A program made the translations under genes and the position numbers. A DNA stretch of 64,000 nucleotides from assembly GCA_964016885.1 (NCBI GenBank), contig OZ024743.1:322090001-322154000 (forward strand), in the 5' to 3' direction. This document shows, one piece after another, positions 29,088-43,403 of the stretch (positions are counted from its first letter, which is position 1; every line of letters starts with the position of its first letter). The notes under the pieces are model-generated. The model was not told the origin of the DNA, made no database searches, and saw only the letters and a program-made list of their open reading frames with translations. The DNA is from Eledone cirrhosa. Lineage: Eukaryota.

Positions 29088-30338
29088 TTTACTTTATTCA
29101 ATGAAATGTAAAATATACCAGGATTCATTTCTTCTCCAGCTAAATATATATGTAAAATATCTTTTAAAATATACGCAGGCTTTTCTAAAATCTAAACTTT
29201 ATTGGTTTCTATATTCAGCGATTGTTAAGGAAAACTATTTCTTTTGAACTGAAAGTAGTATCATTAGAGCCTGTGGCTACAAACCTATATATATATATAT
29301 GCTACCATATAAGGAAATAAGCTGCTTATGATAAATATTATTCACAACCAAGTAGTTCCGGTTTTCCATTACACTGCTTTAGACTTAACCCTATTGATAC
29401 CAAACCGCCCCTGGTTCTATGATACAAAGTTGTTTATTTTAATGTTTATAATTATTCAAAAACCTTCCATCATAATGTTATGTAAGAAAATATATAAGTT
29501 ATGTTCCAAACACCAGCTTAATAGTGAGAAAGTTAGTTATATGACTAAATCCTACCAAATTCTTCATTATTTTCAAAATCAGAAGCTTAATACGTTAACA
29601 AAAGGGTTAAATCATAGACATGGGTTGACGTGTGGGGTGGGGGTGTGGATGTTGCCACAAGCATAGCTATGTTGTTAAGGAGTTCGCTTCGTAACCACGT
29701 GGTTTCAGATTCAGTCAGTCACACTACGTGGCCACTTGGGCAATTGTCCTGCTATGGCCTTCGGTGCCGTGGGGCGGCCAGTACGTGGAACCCCATTTGC
29801 TCATAATAGAGAGAGATGGGGAGAGCGAGAGTGATGGAGGCGATGACAGTGGGAATTCGGCTCTTCTCTGTTCGGACCTAGTGTGCAGCATCAGTTGTTC
29901 GTAAGGAAGTAGTGGTTCATAATTACTTATAAATAGCCGACCAATGCATTGTGAGTGGAATTTGTTAAGCGAAAACTACGTGCAAGACCGTGGTACATAT
30001 ATATGTGCGTGTGCGGGTGTTTATGCTTGTTTATGTCCCGTATGTTTGCGGAAATAAGTAGTGGTTTCGATATGTATAGACAATATGTAGTAACAGGTTA
30101 AGACCAGAAAGAAAAAGATTCACAAAAGAGAACAGATAGTCATTGAGGTCATAAAATGTATGACGAAAGAATTTTGACGAACTTACCAATGACTAGTAAT
30201 AAAAATAAAATGAAAAAATGAAAGTCAGTGCTGAGACCGGAGAGACCACACATCATGGGAGTACTCAATACATGGAGAGATGCAGAATGGCTATAGAGAT
30301 AGGTATAATCCCGACCGCGGTGCCAAGTGGTTTCGTCT

Positions 30339-30378
<40 letters not shown>

Positions 30379-30382
<4 letters not shown>

Positions 30383-31042
30383 GCGAATCTATCCGCGCCT
30401 TAAACCTTGAGTGACACCTAAAGATCAAATTATAGGTCAACACCCTTTTGGTGTGATCAAGTTCATGCGTGGGCTGTCCCCTCAGGTTGGGGGACAGGAA
30501 GTGACAGCTATATATAGAGCCTGCATCAAACTATTTTAACCAGATACATCGGAGCATTACACTTATAACAAACTACGTAACGATTCACCAGTATCAATAG
30601 ACCCCATGAGGTCTACAGAAATACCCAGAACGATTGGAGCCCTATTACTACAGAACACAAATGTGGAAGATTTACCCCTGTCTGCAGGCCACGGTAGTTC
30701 ACAGTTACGACAGACCATAACAGAGGTATACAAACCATATCTCTCTCTCTCTCTCTTACTAACTACAGTCTCACAACTACTACCACGGACTCCAAATTCC
30801 GACAACAACAATTATCTGTCGCTCGCTGTTTTCACACCAACAACAACAACAGACTACAACAGCCTCACATCAACAACAAAATAATATTGTCAGTCTTTGC
30901 AACTTATGGTAACTTGTTTATTGTGCCTTTTAATTGATTCACGTGAAGTAAACCATATATAAACCAAATCATTTACTCATTATATTTTCCTTATTACACC
31001 TATTCTTATCATACTTGTTATAATCATATCTAAATAACTACA
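30379..31042 (+). mobile_element. Solo LTR (Gypsy-like)
   Basis: Starts TGTAG and ends CTACA (5-bp terminal inverted repeat). TATA on both flanks (4-bp TSD). Internal TATA box CTATATATAG near 30508. Confidence 0.6.
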
Positions 31043-31272
31043 TATAACCATTCTATATAAATTACTTATTCATTTCCTTCGTTAAATATATATATATATT
31101 TCGTTGCATTACCATCTTTGTTTGTTTACATGTCTCGCTCGTTTCACCCTATTTTACGTGTCCCAACGACTTTCTTTATCCGTTGTTCGAACCAACCAGA
31201 GGTATATGATCTTTAAAGCGATGAAATACCAATGAAGGCTGGAAGATCACTGATGAAGGACTAATTTTATTC

Positions 31273-31317
<45 letters not shown>

Positions 31318-31326
<9 letters not shown>

Positions 31327-31822
31327 GGTCTAGCAAATAGAGAAAAAGTTTTAAAATAAATTTTAAAAAATTCGCTGTACTTACTATATGTGCCTTTACC
31401 GCGGTTTCAAGTTCCAGAATAAACGGATAATCCAAGCGGACTTTCATTGAGAAGGGAACCATCTTCAGAAGGCTCTTCTCACTCGGAGAATATAAAATTC
31501 CCGAGTTCAAATCACAAACTGACGCCATACAAAACCATTCCCATATGAGAGTGAATGATAAAAGAAATAATTCCGTCTGGTACCGTGTGCAAAGACAAAA
31601 GGCAGGGTGGACAGGTCAATGTCCTGCCACTAGAAATAGCAGTACTCCAAACGGCCAAGTTTTATCTCTACCTTGGGGGAGATTAATAATAATAAAGTAT
31701 GAATTCCTACGTGTAAAAAATACATATAGGGATACAAGTATTATCCAACCGTATGCTAATGTGGTTCTACATTGGCATACGGTTGGATATATATGTATTT
31801 TTTACACGTAGGAATTCATACT

Positions 31823-31835
<13 letters not shown>
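31318..31835 (-). mobile_element. Hammerhead-bearing non-autonomous element, family D, with terminal fold-back
   Basis: Homologous to 48869-49307. Inverted arms 31685-31763 / 31768-31835. TA flanks. Confidence 0.82.
31392..31473 (-). ncRNA. Type I hammerhead ribozyme with extended stem II and palindromic stem III
   Basis: GCCUU-CUGAAGA-U-GGUUCC..(hairpin)..GGAACU-U-GAAAC-CGCG-GUA-AAGGC. Confidence 0.85.
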
Positions 31836-31853
<18 letters not shown>

Positions 31854-32269
31854 AAGAACTTCGTTTTCAAATATAAAAACTGGAAAGATGTAGGTGAAAA
31901 GTGTTTGGTAACATATTCTATTGAATATATATATATGAAAGTCGCCTGCTTTATACAAAGCTTGATCACCTCTTGGCTTTTGAGACCTGAAAACCTGTGA
32001 AACACCCGTCCACAAATAATACAATGATATTTGTTCTTGTTTCTACTTTGGGTTTGCTTATTATGTATGATCAGATGTCGCTTCAATCCACCACCTGATT
32101 AGCAAATTGTCTGACAAAAAGGGCACTAGAATCGATTCTCTGCCACGAAGTTTGAATAGTCAATTTGGACTTTACCATCATGAGCTCACTGGTGTGACTT
32201 CAAGCGTTCGAAAGGCACACCTTAAGGCACACAAGGCATTTGAAAACCAACGCTGGATAAGATTCATCA

Positions 32270-32630
32270 TTCGGACGCCATGCTTTGCAGCAAAGAGTTA
32301 TGCCCCTTTATGGTCTGAGTTCAAATCCCGCCAAGGTTAACTTTGCCTTTCATCCTTACGGGGGTCGATAAAATAAAGTACCAGAAATGTACTGAGTAAT
32401 TGCTGGCCTTGTGCCAAAAGTAGAAACAATTATTACTGCAGTAGATTGGCAGTATCGGTAGAGGGTCAGACGCCATGCTTTGCAGCCTAGAGTTACGGCC
32501 CTTTACGGTCTGAGTTCAAATCCCGCCGAGGTTAACTTTGTCTTTCATCCTTACGGGGTCGATAAAATAAAGTACCAGTAATACACTTGGATTATTGCTG
32601 ACCTTGTGCCAAAAGTAGAAACAATTATTA
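32270..32630 (+). mobile_element. Two tandem tRNA-derived SINEs
   Basis: Family consensus repeated at 32270-32435 and 32440-32630. Confidence 0.85.
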
Positions 32631-32635
32631 CTGTT

Positions 32636-32822
32636 GGTCTCATTCTTCCGAACTTTTCTTTTCAGTTCTGCCTGTTTTACCCTCTTCATTTCAAATGCTT
32701 TACTTCCATTCCAAATGGCATTTCTCCAGGCCACTCTATCTACTACACATGATTCAAGATTTTTTAAGGATATATTAAGGCATTTTAAGTTCACTTTTAG
32801 AGAGTCTCTGTATCTCCTTACA
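32636..32822 (-). pseudogene. RTE-clade LINE 3' ORF fragment
   Basis: RRYRDSLKVNLKCLNI..LESCVVDRVAWRNAIWNGSKAFE..R..AELKRKVRK, the typical RTE post-RT tail. Confidence 0.75.
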
Positions 32823-33006
32823 TACACACATATCTTCCGTAATTTAGATATACGCATACGTGTGAATATGTGTGAATATGTGTTTGTTATTGAACTAATT
32901 AATAATTGTTTCTACTTTTGGCACAAGGCCAGCAATTACCAGCAATTACCCATTAATAATGGATGTGTATTTTAGGTGTTAGCATAACTGTCACTCTGTC
33001 TCCCCC

Positions 33007-33042
<36 letters not shown>

Positions 33043-33877
33043 CTATCTCTTTCTCTTTCTATCACGATATATGTGTATGTCTGTGCATATGTAATTTCGA
33101 GTGAATGTAAACTTTTCTTCTGTCCAATTCTAGCCAGGATAAGAAACCAGAATAAGCTAAGAATAATAAACAAATGTGTATGGACGACGTAGCTACATGC
33201 GGTAGATATTGGGGTGACAGGTATCTAACTATTACCATACACCACCGTACGTCTAACAACAGTCTGACAGGTTATCGCACTCGCTGACACCTGTACATCC
33301 CCAACCCCAACGATAACAACACCATTACACTATTACCTAATATGCACACCCATTCAAATGCCCACACAACACACGCCCACATCTACAACTATACACATAC
33401 ATTCACACACCTATTTACATATATGTGTGTGTGTGTGTGTGTGTGTGTATACACACACACACAGCGGGTCTCTGCAGTTGTGACCGACCAAATTCCACTC
33501 ACAAGGCATCAAATTATACCCTAAGACTATTTCAGGAGACATTTGCACAAAACCCAATACCACGTGATTTGATGGGACAAAACCCAATACCATGTGATTG
33601 AGAAGTGAACTTCTTAATTATAAAGCCAAGGCTGTGTGTGAAAATTAGAAAAATAAGATCTGCAGCTACTTTGAAACTACGCCTACCTAACTAGAGCTGA
33701 CCTGGTGTTAAACAACATCAAAAACCAAAAATCGATTCGATCTTGAATTAATGCATATATTATGTAAGGAATATATAATTTCAAACATACAATTACTACG
33801 TCAACTTCGTAACACTTTCAATTGTACTAAAGTCTACCTTATAAATTACCAAACATAATGTCTATCTCTGATATCTA

Positions 33878-33924
<47 letters not shown>

Positions 33925-33956
33925 CCTCCCTCTCTCCCTATCTCTCTCTCTCTCTT

Positions 33957-33998
<42 letters not shown>

Positions 33999-34011
33999 CC
34001 TCCCTCTCTCC

Positions 34012-34045
<34 letters not shown>

Positions 34046-35108
34046 GGGTAAAGGGTAAAGGGCAAAGACCCCCTTCAGTCACGAGTGACCATGGGATTTG
34101 CACCTACAAAGTTCCCCACCGAGGCACAAGTCCGAGCAAGATTGTTTATGGAAGACCAGCAGTCCCCTACACATACTAGTCTTCTCTCTCCACGCCACCG
34201 ATATTGTCCAAGGAAAAGGCAATGACTGATACAGCTTGGCACCAGTGACGTCGCAACTCATTTCTACAGCTGAGTGTACTGGAACAGCATGAAAATAATG
34301 TGTCTTGCTCAAGAACACAACGCAAAGCCCGAGCTGCGAATCGAACTCTCAACCTCATATTCTAACCATTAGGCCATACGCCTTCATATATATATATGCG
34401 TGTGTGTGCGTCGTGTCAACAAAGATTGAAGGGATTCTCTGCATGACGTATATACATACAATTAAAGTCTAGCAGTCTGAATTTGGCGAGTGTGAGAATA
34501 AATTCTATTTAACTACGACTATTCTCGCAATTTTAACAGCTAAACTCCTTTTAGAGATGATCAGGTAAATTAGAAGCAAGCAAAGATAATAGCTTCGATA
34601 GCCTCGGCTGACTGAGTATTTTGTACCAATTTAAGAATTCAGTGTCAATAAGCCAACTTGGTGACATGTTTCGATCTTCTTATATCTCCTTAGTGTCCAA
34701 AAGGTTAAGACTCTTTTTCAACTATACCAATATCGCTCTGATGGATCGACATCCCAGACCTCATTCTCTTGCCTAGTGGGGTGAACTTCGTCCAAGATCT
34801 ACCGGTCACAACTCCTAGAAGAAGGAGCAACATGAAATAAAGTGTCTTGCTCAAGGACACAACGCATCACCTGGGCCAAGAATTGAACTCGCAACCTCCC
34901 GATTGCTATTGCAATTCTATAACCACTAAGCCACGCGCCTTCATTGTTCAACATTATATATTTCACTCTGTAGCCTTTAAATACTCGACGGCATGTTATA
35001 ATTTACTACTTTTCCACTAAATCAAATTAAGCTTTGCTTCGATATTCATTTCGACTACATTAACTTCTAATACTTTTATAAGTCCTACTTTAATTGAATA
35101 GAATAGTA

Positions 35109-35330
35109 TCTATATATCTAAAACAGAGAATGTCTGTGTATCTGTTTCCCTAAAACTCGAGAACTACCCAACCGATTTTTTTCAAACTTTACACATGTAA
35201 TACTTATGGTCGTGTGAGTGTTTTGAGCAAACAATATTTCAAATTGTCAATGCCCTAGGAACCGCATTAGGCGATTTAGCGATCTCTCTCTATAATTCTT
35301 AGTCTTTCTTTTTAGATAGATACATAGATA
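35109..35330 (+). mobile_element. Helitron-like non-autonomous 5' end
   Basis: A|TCTATATATCTAAAA..TGTCTGTGT..AACTACCCAACCGATTTT..CAAACTTT pattern. Confidence 0.45.
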
Positions 35331-35461
35331 TAACGTTGCGCCCTTATAATATCTGTCTGTACGTTTGACTGTCTGCATTACGTCACTATGACGCTATATG
35401 TGTGTGTGTGTGTATATATGTATATATAGTGTGTGTATATATATATAGTGTGTGTAACGTT

Positions 35462-35744
<283 letters not shown>

Positions 35745-35794
35745 ATATATATGTTTATATATATATATGTACATCTATATACATAGACATATAC

Positions 35795-35837
<43 letters not shown>

Positions 35838-35851
35838 ATATATATATATAT

Positions 35852-35906
<55 letters not shown>

Positions 35907-35908
35907 TA

Positions 35909-36123
35909 GGAACGAGTAGGACCCCGACAGCTGAGCTCAAGCCGTTTCGACGGCTAATTCTGGACTTTTTTTTTTTTTTTTTTAAATCCAGAATTAGCCG
36001 TCGAAACGGCTTGAGCTCAGCCGTCGGGGTCCTACTCGTTCCTATTACCCACTCTACTACCCTAAGTATTGAGTACTTTGGTGCGTTATGGTCCACCTGG
36101 TCCCTTACCACATTTCCTTCGTT
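35909..36123 (+). mobile_element. TA-targeted fold-back element, family A (contains hammerhead 3' half)
   Basis: Palindrome 35907-36043. GAA-ACGGCU-UGAGCUC-AGCCGU-C at 36003-36025. Other copies at 48280-48473, 48499-48618 (-), 55797-56000 (-) and 43499-43553. Confidence 0.82.
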
Positions 36124-36176
36124 ATACATATATATATATATATAAACACAGAATAGAGTGTTTAGAATTACAATTA

Positions 36177-36335
<159 letters not shown>

Positions 36336-36337
36336 TT

Positions 36338-36382
<45 letters not shown>

Positions 36383-36437
36383 CATACATATATATATACA
36401 TAACGTACATACATACATACATACATACATACATACA

Positions 36438-36468
<31 letters not shown>

Positions 36469-36766
36469 CTCTGGTGTACTGACTGACTCAGTTACATGGA
36501 CTATGTTTCTATGTCAGGGTCACAGTAGTATATGAATGTCTGGGGTCATATCGACTTGTAGGAAGTGGCGTGGATACTGGAACCTATCCACCTTAATAAC
36601 ATTCCCAATATCTCCCTAGTTCCCTAGGCGTTTCTCTATTACTTTTTTTCTCTTGCCTTTTCACTATATTTTACCTTCTTTTCCCTATATATCAGTTTGT
36701 CCTTCCTCTCTTCCATTCTGTTTCACCATCTCTCTCTTTCTCGCCCTCCGCACTCTCTCTCTCCCT

Positions 36767-36840
<74 letters not shown>

Positions 36841-37124
36841 TGCATTAGTGTGAAGCAGACATGCATGTCATTAAATATTTTGTGCTGGAAATGTGTAAAG
36901 ACCATGTGCGCATACGACTCACTTATACTCACATACACATACACATACACACACATAAGGAAAAACACTACACATATTCACACACGGCATATACTCAAAC
37001 ATAGACATACACAAAATACACATATACATAAAACTTACATTTACGTACCAGCATCATACAGTGACACAGAACAGTTATATGCAGACCATACATTCAATGG
37101 TGTACATATGCAACATATCCTTTC

Positions 37125-37338
37125 GAACCTGTTTCTGTCGAACACCTTACATGTCCTCGGTGACCGTCGGGATCGGAAGGGTCCTTGGTCCCCACACTGT
37201 CGATTTCCTTCGCAAAATCAGAAAGACAGTGATCCACCTGAGGTAGGAGCCCGTGAGGTGGGGTGGCTATTGCTGCAGGTGTCGCTGGCCATTCTCCGTG
37301 GCAATACCTTCGCCAATCTATGTGTGTGGCGCAGCTGA
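37125..37338 (+). pseudogene. Restriction-like endonuclease C-terminus of a CRE-like non-LTR retrotransposon
   Basis: GAREVGWLLLQVSLAILRGN matches the QRLS.A.QRGNA-type motif. Confidence 0.65.
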
Positions 37339-37511
37339 AACATACCGTACATACCATACAGACTGTGGGCGTTTAGTCTGTCACTCCCTCCTCCTCTCCC
37401 TGCCTTTCGCTGCTTAACTTTTTTTTCTTTTTCTTTTTACCCTTTCTTTTTATTTTATTATTTTTGTTTCATTTAAATATTACTTTTTAATTGTAAACAT
37501 AATATTATACG

Positions 37512-39063
37512 GTGGATTGGCAGTATCGGTAGAGGGTCGGACGCCATGCTTTGCAGCATAGTTTCGTCCCTTTACGATCTGAGTTCAAATCCCGCCGAGG
37601 TTGACTTTGCCTTTCATCCTTACGGGGTCGATAAAATAAGTACCAGTAATGCACTGGGTAATTGCTGGCCTTGTGCCTAAAGTAGAAACAATTATATCTT
37701 AAAGAGATTTAATTAGGTCATTTAGCGAGGCAGGAGGAACAATGCATGCTATGAAAAAATCAGAAGGCTTATTTGCTTATTAAATTGGCCGAAATTCTTC
37801 ATATTCTTTTATACTAGGTATGTGCGACCCTTTTCGAGCAGTGGGCCGCAGAAGATGTGGCTCATCATAAGGCGGGCCACAATATTAAGAAGATTCAAGC
37901 AATGTTTCGCTAGGGTTGCCATTCAAACACCAAATAGACCGTTGTTTGCCCATAACTGTTATATCTTTATTGATTTCAATCATTGGATTACGGTCGAGCT
38001 GGAGCACTGTATGTAAATGCTTTGATTGATCTTATAGCCACCAGCTATAATTAAGTAATAATCAATCGAAAGGCAAAATCCTTTTTTTTTTTTTTTTCGA
38101 AATAATATTATACGGTGGATTGGCAGTATCGGTAGAGGGTCGGACGCCATGCTTTGCAGCATAGTTTCGTCCCTTTACGATCTGAGTTCAAATCCCGCCG
38201 AGGTTGACTTTGCCTTTCATCCTTACGGGGTCGATAAAATAAGTACCAGTAATGCACTGGTATTAGTAATGCACTAATATTAGAAAATCTGATAAAATAC
38301 CCCCCCCCCCATAAACGGAAAAAAGGGGCCAACAGTTGTCTCATTATTATGACATTTGGACAGGGTGGTGGATTGGCAGTATTGGTAGATGGTCGGACGC
38401 CATGCTTTCCAACATAGAGTTATGTCCCTTTACGGTTTGAGTTCAAATCCCGTCGAGGTTAACTTTTCCTTTCATCCTTATGGGGTCAATAAAATAAAGT
38501 ACCAGTCACGCACTGGGGTCGATTTAATCGACTTCCCCCTCCCCCCAAATTGCTGGCCGTGTGCCTATATAAGAAGCCATTATTATGACATTTGGAAGTC
38601 TCCACTTTCCACTGTTAATAACAATAGGTAAATATATAGAAATGTATGAATTAACAAGCAATGTTACAAATATACGAGAAATACATATTTGTACATATAC
38701 ATTACATGATTAAAACGACACTACATGAATATGTAAACATGTCAAGTTTACGTATTTCCCCGAAGATTGAAAAAAAATGATGACTATAAATAGAGTATTA
38801 AACGAAAGCGTCTATTTAAGAAATAGGAAAGAAATGAAATATATTTCTATATTTTGATATAAGAATATTGGTGAATTGGCAGTATCAGTCGAGTTTCGGA
38901 CACCATGCTTTGCAGCATAGAGTTACGACCCTTTACGTTCTGAGTTCAAATCCCGCCAAGGTTAACTTTGCCTCTCATCCTTACGGGATCGATAAAAAAA
39001 AAAGCACCAGTAATGTACGGGGATAATTGCTGGTATTGTGCCAAAAGTAGAAACAATTATTAT
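37512..39063 (+). mobile_element. Cluster of four co-oriented tRNA-derived SINEs (37512-37695, 38114-38260, 38362-38587, 38870-39063)
   Basis: A and B boxes, central CTTTCATCCTTACGGGGTCGATAAAATAAAGTACCAG domain, ATT tails. Confidence 0.88.
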
Positions 39064-39130
39064 TACAAACAGAGAAACACATACACACACATTGAAAAAT
39101 AACACTACACCTTTGACTGGGCAGTACATT

Positions 39131-39316
39131 TCACCTACACCCCACGGATAATATGGTACAAGCATTGCTGCGAAGAATAGCCAGTGAAATGCGCTGCATC
39201 AACCTGTCGACCTCGCGGAGTTTCTTCCTCAAGTGAGATGCACTCTGCCCTAGTTTGCGAAAGGAAACAGCAGTTCGGGAGCGGAAGACTGTGGAGGTCT
39301 CCATAGCAACCTGCAC
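39131..39316 (-). pseudogene. CRE-like RLE C-terminal fragment
   Basis: VAMETS..FRKLG..REVDRLMQRISLAILRSNACTI. Confidence 0.7.
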
Positions 39317-40069
39317 AAAAATTTATTATTTATTTATTTATACATTGGAGCTTTTAAAGCGCTGAGATATGATGATGTTCATAAAGAATATCAGACACCC
39401 AGACGCAGATATTGACTAGCAGCCGCTGATCACCTTTTGCCGTCTATAGGGTATTTTCTAAGCTATAGCAACCAACTGTATCTACATTTATTTTTCTGCG
39501 TCTGAGCTTCCTATATTTTCTATTATTTATTTATTTATGACATGCATCAGTTTGCTTATTTGTTGTCTTTTTTTTGTTTGTTTGGGGTTTTTTTGTCTTT
39601 TATTTTTTGTTTTATTTTCACATCTTGTGATTAACTTACACTCATGTATATTTCACATATTTTATGCAATAAATTTATTATGAGCTGTAAGCATTGTAAT
39701 TTAGAATTTGGTGTCAGAATTTGAAATCGTAAGTAATAGAAAAGCAATGTGAGATTACTGGTTTATACTTGAAAGGGTGGAAGCTGAAAGTGTCTTTATA
39801 ATTTTCTGTACTTAATCATGTGCATTCTATTTTCTCTACTCTACTAATTGATTCTAAGGCTGCAGACTACCACTAACCTCCTTGACCTCTAACCTCTCTA
39901 TAGTGAATAAGAAGAACTAATTTATTATTTGGTGTAGAAAACGGATCTGTTAGTCTACCTGCTCTCATCTGATATGGATAAAACTTTTATTGTGTTTACT
40001 TCAAACCTTTAACATCGCTGAGATTAGGTCTCTTTATTTAGAACTATTGTTGACCGACCTCAGATGTGT

Positions 40070-40100
<31 letters not shown>

Positions 40101-40131
40101 CGTTTTGTACTTCTGTTATACTCATTATTAT

Positions 40132-40208
<77 letters not shown>

Positions 40209-40337
40209 TATATGAAATATAACTTACTGGTAATAAGGTAGTAATACATTACTGCCTACCACTATTTAGGGTGTGTGTAAAATACTTACAACTGCTTAAG
40301 GTTTTGTGTTTACATAACCATAAATAGTATAACTAAT

Positions 40338-40443
<106 letters not shown>

Positions 40444-40444
40444 C

Positions 40445-40597
<153 letters not shown>

Positions 40598-40619
40598 AAT
40601 ATATATATATATATTATAC

Positions 40620-40804
<185 letters not shown>

Positions 40805-40821
40805 ATATACATATATATATT

Positions 40822-40905
<84 letters not shown>

Positions 40906-40917
40906 CATATATATATT

Positions 40918-41040
<123 letters not shown>

Positions 41041-41052
41041 TACACATATATA

Positions 41053-43403
41053 TCCGTGATGCTGACTTTGAGTCCCAGGCCCTTTCCCTAGTCAGCCATT
41101 TCATCCGCAGAGGTTACCCCCCTCTCTCGTCCACACCGCTCTCACCCGCGCCCATGCTGTCCCCCACTCCACCACCCTCACCCCACGCCACCGCACACCC
41201 ACCCACCGTCTCCCTTCCCCATCACCTACCACCCTCCACCGCCTCTTCCGACGCCTCCAGTCCGACCTCTCCACCTCCCACATCTTCCCAACCCCACCAC
41301 TCCCCTCCTTCCAACGCGCACGCAATCTCCGCACCCTCCTCGTCCACAGCTCCCTACCCCCAACCCACGTTATGTCCCCCCCCCGGTTCCTTTCCCTGTT
41401 CTAGGCCCCGCTGCAACACCTGTCCCCACATCACCAACACCACCACCTTCCAGGGTCCCAACGGCCACTCTCTCTCGGTCCGGCATGCCTTCCGCTGCAC
41501 CTCCTCCAACCTAGTCTACGTACTTCGCTGCACAGATTGCAGCGCGACTTATGTCGGACAGACGGGACGTCGCCTGGCGGACCGAGTCACGGAGCACCTC
41601 CGGGATATTCGTCTCGGGGGCAGTTCACCCATCGCCCGCCACTTTGGTGGCCCTGGACATTCCGCACGCCATCTCACAGTCTGTGGCCTACTCCAGTGCC
41701 ACGGAGCCCCCGCCAATCGCCTTACGGTCGAACAACGAACTATCTTCATCTTACAGACCCACACTCCCCCCCGGCCTGAACTCCCCACCCTTATTCCTTT
41801 AGCCTTCGACCGCCCCCCCTCCACCCACACTTATCCCCCACTAACACCACTAACACACCCCTCCTTTTCACCGCCCACCCCACAACTAACAATACTAACA
41901 CCTCCACTCCACCCCTCATCTGACCACCCTTCCCCAACTAACATACTAACATCCCCCCTCCCCTCTTCTCCCCCCCCCCTTATCACACGCACACACCCAC
42001 CGGCACATATATACACGCGCTCACACTATACACACACCCTACTACCACCACTAACCCTCACCCCCTCACCCCCACAACTCCATCCCACCACCCCGCAACT
42101 AACCTCACTAACACCCCCTAACCCCAAGCACACGAACACACGCACCCACTTACACCATCCACCCCACACGCAACTAACACCCCCCAACCCCACGCACACG
42201 TACCCACACACCCTCGTACACCACCAACTCTACACACCCTACCACCACTAACCCCCACTCACACCTGCATTCAACCCCTCCCACCTCCCGTATACTAACA
42301 CCCACTAACACCTCTTCATCAAACTACACACACACCAGTACACCACACTCCCTCCATAGAACCACACACACCCTTCTCTCCCCGCTCCACCCACACCCTC
42401 GCTCCACCACTCATCCCACTAACACCCCTACTAATACACACACACACACCCTCCTCCAACTTTCACACCTACCCATCCTCGCCCCTTTACCATTCCACCG
42501 ACTGCTGCTATGCCCTCTGACCACATCCCAGCACAAACAGACCACAGCACTCCCACTGCTGACCACTTCCTGTTGCGCGCGCAACCCACATCTCTCCTCT
42601 TCCGACCATCGCTTCTTGGAATACCCAAACGCAGAAAATAACCAACAACCAATCCACTAAACATCTTCGGAATTTACCAACTTTTCAACCATCCTCTTAC
42701 GTAATCATCTATATAACTCACCCACACACACACCCCAAAAAAAAATTTTTCTCCACACGCGACCTACACCCACAGCACGCTTAAACCCCACACACACGTG
42801 CTTTCCACCACATATTTACACCCTCAGCCTCCTGATTCCTCTCCCCCCCCCTCTATCCACACACGCACAGACACTCCGACCCCCCCCCCCCTCCCCCACA
42901 CACACACACCTCTTCCTGAACATGCAACCCCGTTCTTCCCCCAACCCTTACTTTCACATACACACACACACACACGCACACCTACACACACACACCACCT
43001 TCAGCCCTCCCCGCTCGGACACCCCGTCTCCCTCTCCCCACTCCACCCGCCACCACCCCTACACACCCCACACCCTTCCACCACCTGTTTACCCCCCTTT
43101 AATTTCAGTTTATTTTGATCATGCCTTTATTTTTAAATTTATCTCATTCCTTGTATTTTGATCATGCTTTATTTTTATTTTTATCTTTATTTTTTATTTT
43201 TTCATTCGCACCGTTTCCTTTCGCTATATGTCTCTCCACCACTCCCCTACACACCCTTTGAACTCTGTTCCCACACACTTCCCACCTGAGGAAGGGCTTA
43301 TGCCCGAAACCTCGTCCCCCACCAACACCCCACTCTCCAGAGCGTGAAATTAATAAACATTCGTTGTACTGCCTCTCTGTTTTGTCCCTGTTCAAATTTT
43401 TCC

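Noticed and set aside
41780-42251. Pro/His/Thr-rich C-terminus of the 365-aa ORF
   Set aside because: Read-through into the C-rich UTR after a frameshift; the true end is PPGLN.. in another frame.
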